Below, piece after piece: positions 36,966 through 46,801 of a stretch of DNA of 64,000 nt. The translations under genes were made by a program, and so were the position numbers. Below the pieces are notes generated by a model. That model ran no database searches and was not told the DNA's origin. It saw nothing but the letters and a program-made list of their open reading frames with translations. The stretch covers positions 8,435 to 72,434 of the forward strand of contig JAILBN010000035.1 of assembly GCA_024680915.1 (NCBI GenBank), written 5' to 3'. Source of the stretch: Treponemataceae bacterium (GTDB lineage: Bacteria; Spirochaetota; Spirochaetia; Treponematales; Treponemataceae). Position 1 is the first letter of the stretch. Each line of letters starts with the position of its first letter.

Positions 36966-37316
36966 GGGGGTGCACCGGTTTCGACGGACGTGTTGAGATC
37001 TTGAACTGCAAGTGAGGTTGCCTGTCCTCTGAACAGACAAAACTTATAATTGCCGACGAAGACGACAATTCTTACGATTACGCACTCGCTGCATAATCGC
37101 GGGGTCCAGAAAGCACTGCTCCGAGCGGTCTGAAACCCTGACGTAAATCAGAGCTTGCCTGATGTGGTGTCCGGTTCATATCAGGGACTTTTACCGGAAT
37201 ACGGAGGCGACGCTTGTAATGCTGCTACCGGCTCCCGACAACCACCTCGCATTACTAAACTTGTAGACGTTCCTGGTACGCACGTTCGGACGGGGGTTCG
37301 ACTCCCCCCACCTCCA
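36966..37316 (+). ncRNA. ssrA: tmRNA (transfer-messenger RNA)
   Basis: The 5' end is GGGGGTGCACCGGTTTCGACGG. The 3' end is GGACGGGGGTTCGACTCCCCCCACCTCCA, a tRNA-Ala-like T arm and acceptor. The tag reading frame GCC GAC GAA GAC GAC AAT TCT TAC GAT TAC GCA CTC GCT GCA TAA (37052-37096) encodes ADEDDNSYDYALAA. Confidence 0.95.
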
Positions 37317-37375
37317 TCCTATAAAATATTCTTCCCCCCTATAAAAAAAAATCGTTAAGCGCTATACTGTTGCCC

Positions 37376-39223
37376 ATGGAAAACACACAGTATACTGATT
37401 TACAAGATGCAATTTCGAAGATGATTCTCTCAGCGTCAGGTTGGCGCTGTGTATTCGCTGACTCTGGCGATGAGGAAGATGCGACTCCCTTAATAGATTC
37501 GGCACACATAACAATATCACAGGCTATAGCGGCTGTTTACGCTGACTATATGACAACCGCCCAGGCAAAAAAAATTGTAGTAGGAATTGATGCAAGACCT
37601 ACAGGTCCTCTTATTGCGAGAGAAATAATAAAGGTTCTTCTTACAAAGGGATTTGAGGTAGAATTCCCTGGTATTATAGCAGCTCCAGAGATTATGGCTT
37701 ATTCCCATAAGGTTGATGGTTTTATCTATATCTCAGCAAGCCACAATCCTATTGGCCACAACGGAATAAAATTCGGGAAGAATGACGGAGGAGTAATTCC
37801 CGGCTCTGAGGCAGCCATTCTGGCAGATGCCTTCCGGGCTTTCTGCAAAAATGAGGATGCCCCACAAAAAGCGGCGGCTCTTGCGGAAGCTTGTCCTAAG
37901 GAAGCTTACGAGTCTGTTCTGCAAAATGCCTCAGCAGTGAAAGAAAAGACCCTGGCTACATATAGAGCTTTCACCCAGGAAGTTATTTCCGGTACGGCTT
38001 GTGAAGAAAAGCAAAAAAAGCTTTTTGACGAAATAAGGGACAGCATAAAGAAGACTCCCCTTTCGATTGTATGTGACATGAACGGAAGTGCCCGTACAGT
38101 CTCTATCGACAAAAGCTTCTTCGCAGAATCTGGAATAGGCTTCTTTGCTCTCAGCAATGAAGCAGGTCATATAACTCATGCCATAATCCCTGAGCCAGAG
38201 AACCTTGTTCATTGCGCAAGGGAAATGGAAGGACTTCAGGCAGGCCAGGGAAAAACTGCGGCAGGCAAGCATCCTGAATGTATTTTAGGCTACATGCCGG
38301 ATTGTGACGGTGACAGAGGAAACATAGTCTTCTGGAATGACAGGACAAACAAGGCAGAAGTACTGAAGGCTCAGGAAGTCTTCGCGGTTTCCGTCATGTC
38401 CGAGCTTGCATACCTTGCATACACCGGAAAAACAGGGACTGACTCAAAAATTGCTGTGGCAGTGAATGATCCCACATCCATGAGGATAGAAGAGATAGCA
38501 GATGCCTTCGGAGCTTTGGTAGGTCGGGCAGAAGTTGGAGAAGCGAATGTAGTCAACAAGGCAAGAGAACTAAGAGCACAAGGCTATGAGGTCAGAATCC
38601 TGGGAGAAGGTTCAAACGGAGGAAACATCACCCACCCTGCTGCTGTACGAGATCCTCTCAACAGCTTGTTCGCTCTGATAAAGCTTCTTGTCATAAAGGA
38701 TTCTGTCTTGGCAGACGGCACTATAAAAAAGGGTCTCTTCCATGAATGGTGCTCCCGTTCTGGTCATGAAAATGACTACAAGGACAATTTCACCTTAGCC
38801 GATGTAATGGCTACACTCCCTGAATATACGACTACAGGTGTTTCAGAAAAAAGAGCTGTCCTTAAGATAAAGACAAAGGACCATTCCATACTGAAAAAGG
38901 CTTATCAGGAAGTTTTCGAAAAAGAGTGGTCAGAAAAGAAAGAGGAATTAAAGGAGAAATACGGTATTTACTCCTATACTGCCATATCCAACAATGGAAC
39001 GAAGGAGACAGTTGATATAAAGGATTATTCAGTCTCAAAAAAAGGAGGACTTAAAATCCTTTTTAAAAATGAGTCAGGTAAGCCCATCTCATATATTTGG
39101 ATGAGAGGAAGTGGAACAGAACCTGTATTCCGGGTTCTGTGTGATGTAAAGGGAAATAACCCGAAGACAGAGGCAGAGCTTCTGGAATGGCACAGTAAAA
39201 TGATTGCCCAGGCTGATTCATAA
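37376..39223 (+). CDS. phosphohexomutase family protein (phosphoglucomutase/phosphomannomutase)
   Basis: Active-site serine loop YISASHNPIGHNGIKF and metal-binding loop PDCDGDRGN. I prefer the ATG at 37376. Confidence 0.85.
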   Translation: MENTQYTDLQDAISKMILSASGWRCVFADSGDEEDATPLIDSAHITISQAIAAVYADYMTTAQAKKIVVGIDARPTGPLIAREIIKVLLTKGFEVEFPGIIAAPEIMAYSHKVDGFIYISASHNPIGHNGIKFGKNDGGVIPGSEAAILADAFRAFCKNEDAPQKAAALAEACPKEAYESVLQNASAVKEKTLATYRAFTQEVISGTACEEKQKKLFDEIRDSIKKTPLSIVCDMNGSARTVSIDKSFFAESGIGFFALSNEAGHITHAIIPEPENLVHCAREMEGLQAGQGKTAAGKHPECILGYMPDCDGDRGNIVFWNDRTNKAEVLKAQEVFAVSVMSELAYLAYTGKTGTDSKIAVAVNDPTSMRIEEIADAFGALVGRAEVGEANVVNKARELRAQGYEVRILGEGSNGGNITHPAAVRDPLNSLFALIKLLVIKDSVLADGTIKKGLFHEWCSRSGHENDYKDNFTLADVMATLPEYTTTGVSEKRAVLKIKTKDHSILKKAYQEVFEKEWSEKKEELKEKYGIYSYTAISNNGTKETVDIKDYSVSKKGGLKILFKNESGKPISYIWMRGSGTEPVFRVLCDVKGNNPKTEAELLEWHSKMIAQADS

Positions 39224-39304
39224 TCTTGCAAAAGACCGTAAAATATGGTAAGATTTTCTTACATTAGGTAATACACCGAAGTTACACTAAATAAGGAAGG
39301 AATT

Positions 39305-39712
39305 ATGGGTATACGCGGAGAACTTTTTACAACTCAGGTAGTTCTTGATAACAGGACTTATTTTTTCAATGTAAAGGAAAACCGCACAGGCGACGTATTC
39401 CTTCAAGTTGTAGAAAGTAAAAGCAAAAACGGTGAGGATTTTGACCGTCACGCGATCGTCATATTCGCAGAGGATATGCAGAAATTTTTCAAGGGAATGG
39501 ATGAGTCTCTTTCCTTTATTGAGAAAGACAGAAAGGAAAGAAAAAAGAAGCAGTTAGAGAGAAAAGAGGCTGCCGCAAAAATGGACTCCGCAGGAAAAAA
39601 GAAAATATACCGCTCTAAAAGAGAGGTTGCTCCTGCAGAAGAAAGGAAACATAGCAGCGTAAAACGTACCGGACGAGTCCATGTGGTTTCAAAAAGAAAG
39701 GATTCTGAATAG
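39305..39712 (+). CDS. PUR-alpha-like nucleic-acid-binding protein (DUF3276 family)
   Basis: LFTTQVVLDNRTYFFNVKENRTGDVFLQVVESK...HAIVIFAEDMQKFFKGM is a typical bacterial PUR repeat. The C-terminal tail is basic. Confidence 0.75.
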   Translation: MGIRGELFTTQVVLDNRTYFFNVKENRTGDVFLQVVESKSKNGEDFDRHAIVIFAEDMQKFFKGMDESLSFIEKDRKERKKKQLERKEAAAKMDSAGKKKIYRSKREVAPAEERKHSSVKRTGRVHVVSKRKDSE

Positions 39713-39715
39713 TTT

Positions 39716-40345
39716 TTAATAGGAGAAGGTTCTTCGCTGGATAGGCGAAGGACCTTTTTTTCTGCATATATCGCGGTGAGCCTTTGTGGGATACCCTTTA
39801 TGCTTTTCGTATCCATATTCAGGATATAATGCTCCATAGTCAGTCATTATTCTGTCTCTTTCCGTCTTGGCAAGTATAGAAGCTGCCATAACAGGAGGAT
39901 ATATGGCATCTGCCTTAGGAACAGCAATGACAGGACAATTTATATCTGGACAGAAAATGCCATCAACGATCGCAGCTACAGAAGGACCCTGATTTTCACT
40001 TTCCCTTGGAAGCTTCTCCAGCATGGAAAAAAAAGCTCTTCTCATGGCCAGCATCGTCGCCGCCAGGATATTCATGCTGTCGATTTCCTCATGAGAAGCA
40101 CTTCCCAGCCCCCAGAACAAGGCTTTTTCCTTTATAAGAAGCTCTAATTCCAGCCTTTTCTTTTCAGACAGCTTTTTTGAGTCCTTTAATTTTTCCACAG
40201 GGAAATCATCAGGTAAAACTACAGCAGCGGCAAGCACTGGTCCAGCCAGAGGCCCCCTACCAGCCTCATCGATACCACAAAGGAAAGCTTTACTTGTAGC
40301 TGTGATCCAAGACTTTACATCACCAGAGAATTTTTCTTTTTTCAT
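39716..40345 (-). CDS. rnhB: ribonuclease HII
   Basis: GIDEAGRGPLAGPVLAAAV (DEDD catalytic motif) and DSKKLS. Confidence 0.92.
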   Translation of the reverse strand: MKKEKFSGDVKSWITATSKAFLCGIDEAGRGPLAGPVLAAAVVLPDDFPVEKLKDSKKLSEKKRLELELLIKEKALFWGLGSASHEEIDSMNILAATMLAMRRAFFSMLEKLPRESENQGPSVAAIVDGIFCPDINCPVIAVPKADAIYPPVMAASILAKTERDRIMTDYGALYPEYGYEKHKGYPTKAHRDICRKKGPSPIQRRTFSY

Positions 40346-41415
40346 GAAAGAGGACCTTTTACCCCTACAAGTGTTTTTTCTGGGATTTCTCCTTCAGTTA
40401 TGCTGCCAAAAACAAAGTAGTACAATTCATTATCAGATAGGCTTGTCTCTACATAAGGCCGGTCCGCATAATACTCAAAGCTCATGTTCAGCATTTCTCC
40501 GTCACTTAGGAAAACAAAAACGAAGGCTTGGTAATCGCTCCAATTCCCATTCTGGTCCATAAAGCCTACTTTGTATCTTCCTTGAGAAAGGGGAGAATAG
40601 GTATATACCGAAAGACCGGTAGAAATATCATACTCTGCGGAGACATTACCAGAACTGTCTGCTGCAGGGAAAAAGGAAAGAGGGGGTAAGGCTTCAATCT
40701 CTTTGTCTGTCCACATTTCGAGCCTGGACATAATGGCTGATTGACATTTTTCATCCGGAACAAAGAATTGTTTTGGGGTTTTTGAAGGATCAATAGGCTC
40801 AGGAATATCATCGGAGCTATCCCTGAAGACGAAATAATATGAGTTACCATCTCTGCCAGTAAACACAAGCCTTTCAGAATTGAATTCCAAGATCCTATCG
40901 GGAAAAACAGCTACAGGGCAGCTGTATTTCAATCTTTCTTTCCTATCAAAAATAAGAAGCTCAGGCTCCCCTGTAAAGACAGCTATATAAGGATTACAAT
41001 AATAGGGAGGAGAAATAAATTTCCATTTTGACACATAATTGAAAAAGTCCGTCTTCAAGGAATAGCCATTATTCATAATATCCACCGGACTAGGAGTATC
41101 TGAAGAATTACTTGTTACATCCCCATCAAATATACCGGCAAAAAGAAGATTCTTACCGGTCAAATCAATTCCCGCCAGCTTCTTCTCTTCTTCCAATTCA
41201 GAAAGAGGAGGAAGAGAGACATTCTCCTTAAGGGTAACAGAGCTCTCATTTTCAGAATTTCGCCCCTCTGTCTCCTCTTTATCAGATAAAAACAGATTAT
41301 CGACGAATTCATTATAAAAAGCAAAAGTCTCAAGCTTATAAGCAATAAACAAGAAAGCTGCCAACAATAAAAAAAGGAGAAGAGCTATCAGGAATCCTTT
41401 ACGGTTATTTTTCAC
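40342..41415 (-). CDS. membrane-anchored protein of unknown function
   Basis: 357 aa with an N-terminal TM anchor (GFLIALLLFLLLAAFLFIAY). I recognise no motif. It overlaps rnhB by 4 nt. Confidence 0.7.
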   Translation of the reverse strand: MKNNRKGFLIALLLFLLLAAFLFIAYKLETFAFYNEFVDNLFLSDKEETEGRNSENESSVTLKENVSLPPLSELEEEKKLAGIDLTGKNLLFAGIFDGDVTSNSSDTPSPVDIMNNGYSLKTDFFNYVSKWKFISPPYYCNPYIAVFTGEPELLIFDRKERLKYSCPVAVFPDRILEFNSERLVFTGRDGNSYYFVFRDSSDDIPEPIDPSKTPKQFFVPDEKCQSAIMSRLEMWTDKEIEALPPLSFFPAADSSGNVSAEYDISTGLSVYTYSPLSQGRYKVGFMDQNGNWSDYQAFVFVFLSDGEMLNMSFEYYADRPYVETSLSDNELYYFVFGSITEGEIPEKTLVGVKGPLS

Positions 41416-41420
41416 TATGC

Positions 41421-42398
41421 TTACTTACCGGAAGAATACGCAAGACTATTTATCCTGCTGATGTACATTTCACTGAATAAAGAAAGATATGAAAATATAT
41501 TCTCTGTACTATTCATAACATCAGAGGAAAGACAAGTCAAAAGGAAGGGATCTGTATCTGCTGCCAGCAATAGAATACTGATATCCTCAGATAAAACGGA
41601 ATTTATGGGTATACCCCACTTCGTGAAAAAGGCCTTAGCATCAGAAATATCTTTTACGAAGGAATAATACAAATCCGCATCATCATCCAATATCAAAGAA
41701 TCCATGGAGATATCCGTTTTATCCAATGCTTCCTTCAAAAGACCATAGGTAGGCTCATGCTTTATCACATAAAGAAGAGAGGGATTATTAACAGTTCTTT
41801 TGTATGCTTCTTCAGAAAAACGAAGAGAGACATTACCTGGCTGATTCGAAAGCATGGTCCTGAAACGGATATACATAGATTCTGCCTCGCCGATAGCAGT
41901 GAGCAGCATTCTACGCTCAACCACAGGATCAGGAAGCTCCAGGGGCTGCTCATTGATATTTTTCTCCGGTAATGGGAAAGCTTCATTTTTCACATAAAAA
42001 CGATTCAAAGTCTCAAACAATCTGTGAGCAATGCTCAAAGCAGGAGAATCCACCTCAAAAACAATCAGAGACTGAATAAACTCATCAGCCTTTTTATTCA
42101 ATTCATTAAAAATAGGAGAAGAACTGCACTCTGTAGCAAAGAAACGGAAAAAAAGCATTTCAGAAAGCATATAAGGATAATATTCCTTCTCTACCTCAGA
42201 AGACATCAAAGATATAATTTTCTCAAGATAATACTGATATTCGTCATTCTCAACAGCATGGTTCCATAGGGAAACTGTTTCTGTAAAATCTTCCATACTG
42301 AGAGATTGCGCTGTACCAGATTCTTGAGCGAAAAGAGCCGAACAAAATGTAAAGGCAATAAGACATACGGAGAAGCGTACCATTCTGGAAAAATTCAT
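41421..42398 (-). CDS. secreted protein of unknown function
   Basis: 325 aa with a signal peptide (VRFSVCLIAFTFCSALFAQE). It looks helical. It lies 5 nt upstream of the next gene. Confidence 0.7.
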   Translation of the reverse strand: MNFSRMVRFSVCLIAFTFCSALFAQESGTAQSLSMEDFTETVSLWNHAVENDEYQYYLEKIISLMSSEVEKEYYPYMLSEMLFFRFFATECSSSPIFNELNKKADEFIQSLIVFEVDSPALSIAHRLFETLNRFYVKNEAFPLPEKNINEQPLELPDPVVERRMLLTAIGEAESMYIRFRTMLSNQPGNVSLRFSEEAYKRTVNNPSLLYVIKHEPTYGLLKEALDKTDISMDSLILDDDADLYYSFVKDISDAKAFFTKWGIPINSVLSEDISILLLAADTDPFLLTCLSSDVMNSTENIFSYLSLFSEMYISRINSLAYSSGK

Positions 42399-42463
42399 TT
42401 TTTTCCTCCCTTTTGTTTACACATATTCGTATAGATTATCCATCTATGAGTATCTGACTTATC

Positions 42464-44659
42464 TTAACGAAGGGCTCTCATCATCAAAGATGAAAAACCA
42501 TTATAATTGTTATTGTTCTCAAGCATTTCTACAGACTTTGAGTCCGTCCATACAGCTGTAGTCGCTGATATGGCATTACGAGAAGTGAAAGAACTGTTGG
42601 TCATAGACCACTTAAGGGCGGTAAACTCTGCACCTCGTCCGAAAGCCCCGTTCACTGTAAGCTGAACATTATCCATATTAATCTCACCGCCAGAAGCGCT
42701 TATACCCACAGCTGTTTTAGCGGAGGATACACCACGGACATTTTTCAGTGTAATATCCGAAACGGCAGAGCTTAACAGAGCCGTATAGGAGGTGGCCTTC
42801 ATGGTAAGTCCGCAGGATACCAGAGAAAGACTTCCGTTATCTATAGTAATACCTGTACCACTACCGTCAAAAGAACAGAAGAGTTCGCAATTCTCGGCAA
42901 AAAAGGAGCCTCCGGAAATCCTGACCAAGTTTTTCTGGAAAACGCTGCCAGTATAGGGTACTGTTTTCTCCAGACTACATCCATTCAAATAAAGGGAGGA
43001 ATCTCTTACTACGATATCTGAATCACTTTCGAAAGCAAGCCTGGTCTCACCAGTTCCTGATATTGAACAGTCCTTATAGAACAAAAGCTCCGGGATATCT
43101 GTAAAAACCCCTTCTATGAATAAATTCGGTTTTCCGTATTGCTGCCCTATCTGGACTGCCTCCTGGACAGAAGAGAGAGGATTGTTTTTAGTGCCTAAAG
43201 GATAAGATTCATCATATCGGTCAGGAACCTTTTTCCTTACAGCATCTGATACGACATAATAATTCACGGAATCGATTATCGTGCTGAATTCCTCAATATC
43301 GCTGTTATTGCCGGCTTCATCCTGGGAATAGGCATATACAGTATACAAGGCAGCTGAGTCTTCCAAGGCAGGAAGCATAACTATCTCTTCATTAGACTCA
43401 AGCATAGAGAATTCTTCAGGCATCAGGTTCTTAAAGAGTCCGTTCTGTACATCAGAGATATCAAAGCCATTATCAGAAAGGATAGGCTCTGACACAGCAT
43501 AGAAAGTCTTTGCACTGCCTCTGAAATTCAAAGCGACATGGGATCGTGAAAAACCAGATGTCTCATCTGCGACTATCTCCGGCATAGCAGGAGGACGTTT
43601 ATCTATGGAAACTGAAAAAGAAAGTTTTCCCTGCTTGATACCTCTGTAATAAACGGTAAACTCAGGAGAAAAACTGACAAGATCACCTGAAACAGTATCT
43701 GCATAGAAGGATCGCAGATATACAGACCGGCCATCCTGCAGGGTATATTCCAGTATATAATCAGGATTATCCGGGAAGGCCACGACGAAATCCTTGGTAA
43801 GTCCCCCTTCCGGAATACCAGTAAAGGAAGGCTTGGCCGGAATATAAAAGATATCAGGTTCCGTCGGAATCGTTGATTCTGTCTCATAGGGATATACTGG
43901 TGTCAGGTGTTTCCAAGCAACCGTATGGGCTACGGTCCTGTCAATGAAAACGGGTTCTTTTGTTTGAATCCAAGGACCTTCATCCAAAGAATAAATGACA
44001 TTGCGTCCGTTCAGAAAGCGTATGTAGTTCCATGAAGCGAACTCAATTCCTTCTTTCTCAGCGACAGGCTTAGCAAGAAGATAATCTGCATTGGAATTGA
44101 TTTTGAGAATGTAGCGGAAATAACCTGTAGAGGTCTTCAGTATGAGGGGGAGGAATCTTTCGATGCTGCAGCCTCCTTCCATGGTAATGACCCCGCCCTT
44201 CTGCATATCATCATCTTTCAGAATAGTATCAGGGTAGGCTCCTGTCGCCCAATATACAGTATCAGGAATATTTATCTCTGTAGTCTCAGTGAAATTCACG
44301 TAAGCTTCATCGTCAGATATGGGGATGTAATTAGGTTTCCCCCGTCCAGATACAGTCCAGCTTACCTTTTGCATAGAATATGTATCATTGGGCATGACAG
44401 TAGCTATCGTCAAAGTCAAGTCACCATATCCGGAAAGGGCGACAGGACCATCATAGGCGAAGCCTGATTTCAGGGGGTCAGAGCCTGTCAAAGAGTAAAA
44501 TACTTCTGTATCCGGATCCTTCTCCAGGATCAGGGGCTGAGGATTCAGCCAGTTACCCTCCACAGGACTGATTATCTTGGTCTGAGAAGAAAGGGATAGA
44601 ACACAGAAGAAATCTAAAATAAAAAGAAAAAAAATCACACCTGTCTTTCTAACCCTCAT
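42464..44659 (-). CDS. large secreted protein, N-terminal Ig/chitobiase-C-like segment and C-terminal beta-helix-like repeats (by eye)
   Basis: 731 aa with a signal peptide. FYSLTGSDP resembles the 'FN3-associated/CHB_HEX_C' motif. The C-terminal ~250 aa show repetitive G-S/N-x-hydrophobic turns typical of right-handed beta-helices. Confidence 0.65.
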   Translation of the reverse strand: MRVRKTGVIFFLFILDFFCVLSLSSQTKIISPVEGNWLNPQPLILEKDPDTEVFYSLTGSDPLKSGFAYDGPVALSGYGDLTLTIATVMPNDTYSMQKVSWTVSGRGKPNYIPISDDEAYVNFTETTEINIPDTVYWATGAYPDTILKDDDMQKGGVITMEGGCSIERFLPLILKTSTGYFRYILKINSNADYLLAKPVAEKEGIEFASWNYIRFLNGRNVIYSLDEGPWIQTKEPVFIDRTVAHTVAWKHLTPVYPYETESTIPTEPDIFYIPAKPSFTGIPEGGLTKDFVVAFPDNPDYILEYTLQDGRSVYLRSFYADTVSGDLVSFSPEFTVYYRGIKQGKLSFSVSIDKRPPAMPEIVADETSGFSRSHVALNFRGSAKTFYAVSEPILSDNGFDISDVQNGLFKNLMPEEFSMLESNEEIVMLPALEDSAALYTVYAYSQDEAGNNSDIEEFSTIIDSVNYYVVSDAVRKKVPDRYDESYPLGTKNNPLSSVQEAVQIGQQYGKPNLFIEGVFTDIPELLFYKDCSISGTGETRLAFESDSDIVVRDSSLYLNGCSLEKTVPYTGSVFQKNLVRISGGSFFAENCELFCSFDGSGTGITIDNGSLSLVSCGLTMKATSYTALLSSAVSDITLKNVRGVSSAKTAVGISASGGEINMDNVQLTVNGAFGRGAEFTALKWSMTNSSFTSRNAISATTAVWTDSKSVEMLENNNNYNGFSSLMMRALR

Positions 44660-44672
44660 TATCTCAACTCCT

Positions 44673-45272
44673 CTAAAGCAAATCTTTGAAAACTTCCCTG
44701 AGTTCTGGATCCTGCTTATAATAATACTCCTCCAGCTCCTCAGGAGAAAGACCTATAAGCTCGTGACTCATGTAATGGATCCATCTGTCTTCCTCAGGCT
44801 TAGTTATAACGAACTTCCGGCACCAATAATCAGGCTGTATAGGAAGCTGTTCCTCTTTCTGAGTAAAATACTTATAGTCGTGGACGGCAACTTTTATATC
44901 CTTACGAGGAATTCCCTTCTCAAGAAGAACCTCCACAAGATAGTTTATTGTCTTGCCAGTATCAAAAATATCGTCGACGAGAAGGATTTTGTCCCCAGGA
45001 CGAAGATGTTCAGGTGAATATGTCCATCCGTCTATCATAACTCTATCACGCTCGCGGATATCTGTATAGGAACGTGCGACTACAGCTGCATAAAGAACGG
45101 GATGGACATCCTTACGAGCTATTTTAAAATATTCACTGACTACATTCGCGACATAGGCTCCTCCCCGGAGCGATACATATATAACGTCAGGAATAAAACC
45201 GTCTTTCAAAATACGGTGTGCCATTTTCAATGAATTATTGCGTACCTGATCATAGGGCAAAAACTCTTTCAT
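44673..45272 (-). CDS. phosphoribosyltransferase (purine PRTase-like)
   Basis: It has the PRPP-binding motif ILLVDDIFDTGKT. 199 aa. Confidence 0.8.
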   Translation of the reverse strand: MKEFLPYDQVRNNSLKMAHRILKDGFIPDVIYVSLRGGAYVANVVSEYFKIARKDVHPVLYAAVVARSYTDIRERDRVMIDGWTYSPEHLRPGDKILLVDDIFDTGKTINYLVEVLLEKGIPRKDIKVAVHDYKYFTQKEEQLPIQPDYWCRKFVITKPEEDRWIHYMSHELIGLSPEELEEYYYKQDPELREVFKDLL

Positions 45273-45339
45273 CTAAAACCTCTTTTACATATTTTACCGT
45301 AAAATTCAACAAAGTGGAAGTATTCACTATATTACTTTT

Positions 45340-45375
45340 AAAATAAGAAGGGTTGGCAACTTCTCATGCCAACCC
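45340..45375 (-). terminator. intrinsic terminator after flgE
   Basis: On the minus strand, GGGTTGGCA-TGAGAAGT-TGCCAACCC (plus-strand stems 45350-45358 and 45367-45375) is followed by TTCTTATTTT. Confidence 0.75.
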
Positions 45376-45394
45376 ATTCCTAAGTATTATTAAA

Positions 45395-46786
45395 TTAGCG
45401 TTTTAGGCCTAATACGGTCTCAAGAAGGGTATCAGAAGTCTGAATTGTCTTTGAGTTAGCCTGGAAGCCTCTCTGGGTGATGATCATATCCGTCATCTGC
45501 TCAGTAAGATCGACGTTGGACATTTCAAGTGCTCCAGAAAGAAGGGTTCCCTTTCCGGCAATTCCTGATGTACTTATGTTAGCAAGACCTGAATTGTTTG
45601 AAGCCACGTAGGTATTGTCTCCTGCCTTTTCCAGACCGCCCTGGTTAGTAAAGCTTGCCATACCGATCTGACCTATAGTTCTTGTGGTTCCGTTAGAATA
45701 GACACCTGTGATGATTCCGCTGGAATCAATCTTGAAGTTGTCAAGGTAGCCTAATGTATAGCCGTCCTGATAAAAAGCCTTGGTAGAGCTTGATGAGGCG
45801 GACTGTGTTATAGTGTTTTTCATGGAACCTATGGTTCCAAGGTTGATGTTCATAGTCTGTCTTGCAGGGTTACCATCGGCATCGGGATTCGCCCCGGGAA
45901 CAGTATAGGATGCGATAAGCTGAATCTCACCCTCAGGGTTTGAGGTCCGATCTGAAGAGTCACTTACTGCCTGTAAGCGTCCAAGGTTATCAAAAGTGAC
46001 TACGAACTGATTCGTCACACCATCAGTATTCTCGAAGCCTATGCGGGTGTTTGTCTCGGCAGCGTTCTCCAGGTCTACATTGACGGTGGCAAGCCACTGA
46101 TTGTCTGTCTCAGGCACTCTGGTGAAAGAAACAGAGAGAATATGCTCATTTCCGAAGCTGTCATAGATTTTTGTCTCTGTTCCCCAAGTTGCTTTAGCTA
46201 TATCGCTGTCAGAGGCTCCTTCAGCGATAATAGGGGTGTTCTTGTTCAGGTTACAGGAAAAGTCTACGTTTGTAGTTGCTTTTGCTGGGTCCTTCTGACC
46301 TATAGGAATAATAAGGTCTTCCGGTGTGCCTGCTGTGTTCAGGACCATCTCGCCGTTAAGCTCCCTGGCCATCCATCCCTGTACGCGGAATCCATTGGCA
46401 GGATTGACCAGAGTGCCTTCCTCATCCACACCGAAGGTACCGGCTCTTGAATAGAAAGTCTCTTCTCCGTTCTTGAGGATAAAAAAGCCGTTGCCCTGAA
46501 TGGCTATATCAGTAGAAACACCTGTTGACTGAAGGTTTCCCTGATTAAAGATTGTATCAATTGAGGCAATCGACATTCCAAGACCCACTTCCTTTGGATT
46601 TACACCACCCTTCTCTTCGTTGGGTTTGGCAGCTCCTGAAAGCTGCTGGGAAATCATATCCTGAAAATTGACACGGCCTCTTTTAAAACCTGTTGTATTT
46701 ACATTTGCGACGTTGTTACCTATAACGTCCATTCTTGTCTGGTGGTTCTGCATGCCGGAAACACCAGCATAAAGTGATCTCATCAT
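45395..46786 (-). CDS. flgE: flagellar hook protein FlgE
   Basis: N-terminus [35 protein letters not shown] and C-terminus [32 protein letters not shown]. Lys165 (46292-46294) and Cys178 (46253-46255) are present. Confidence 0.95.
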   Translation of the reverse strand: MMRSLYAGVSGMQNHQTRMDVIGNNVANVNTTGFKRGRVNFQDMISQQLSGAAKPNEEKGGVNPKEVGLGMSIASIDTIFNQGNLQSTGVSTDIAIQGNGFFILKNGEETFYSRAGTFGVDEEGTLVNPANGFRVQGWMARELNGEMVLNTAGTPEDLIIPIGQKDPAKATTNVDFSCNLNKNTPIIAEGASDSDIAKATWGTETKIYDSFGNEHILSVSFTRVPETDNQWLATVNVDLENAAETNTRIGFENTDGVTNQFVVTFDNLGRLQAVSDSSDRTSNPEGEIQLIASYTVPGANPDADGNPARQTMNINLGTIGSMKNTITQSASSSSTKAFYQDGYTLGYLDNFKIDSSGIITGVYSNGTTRTIGQIGMASFTNQGGLEKAGDNTYVASNNSGLANISTSGIAGKGTLLSGALEMSNVDLTEQMTDMIITQRGFQANSKTIQTSDTLLETVLGLKR

Positions 46787-46801
46787 AGTTCTTTTTCCCC
46801 T

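Noticed and set aside
37155-37358. A 67-aa ORF in the track.
   Set aside because: It lies inside the tmRNA gene (36966-37316), so it is not a protein gene.
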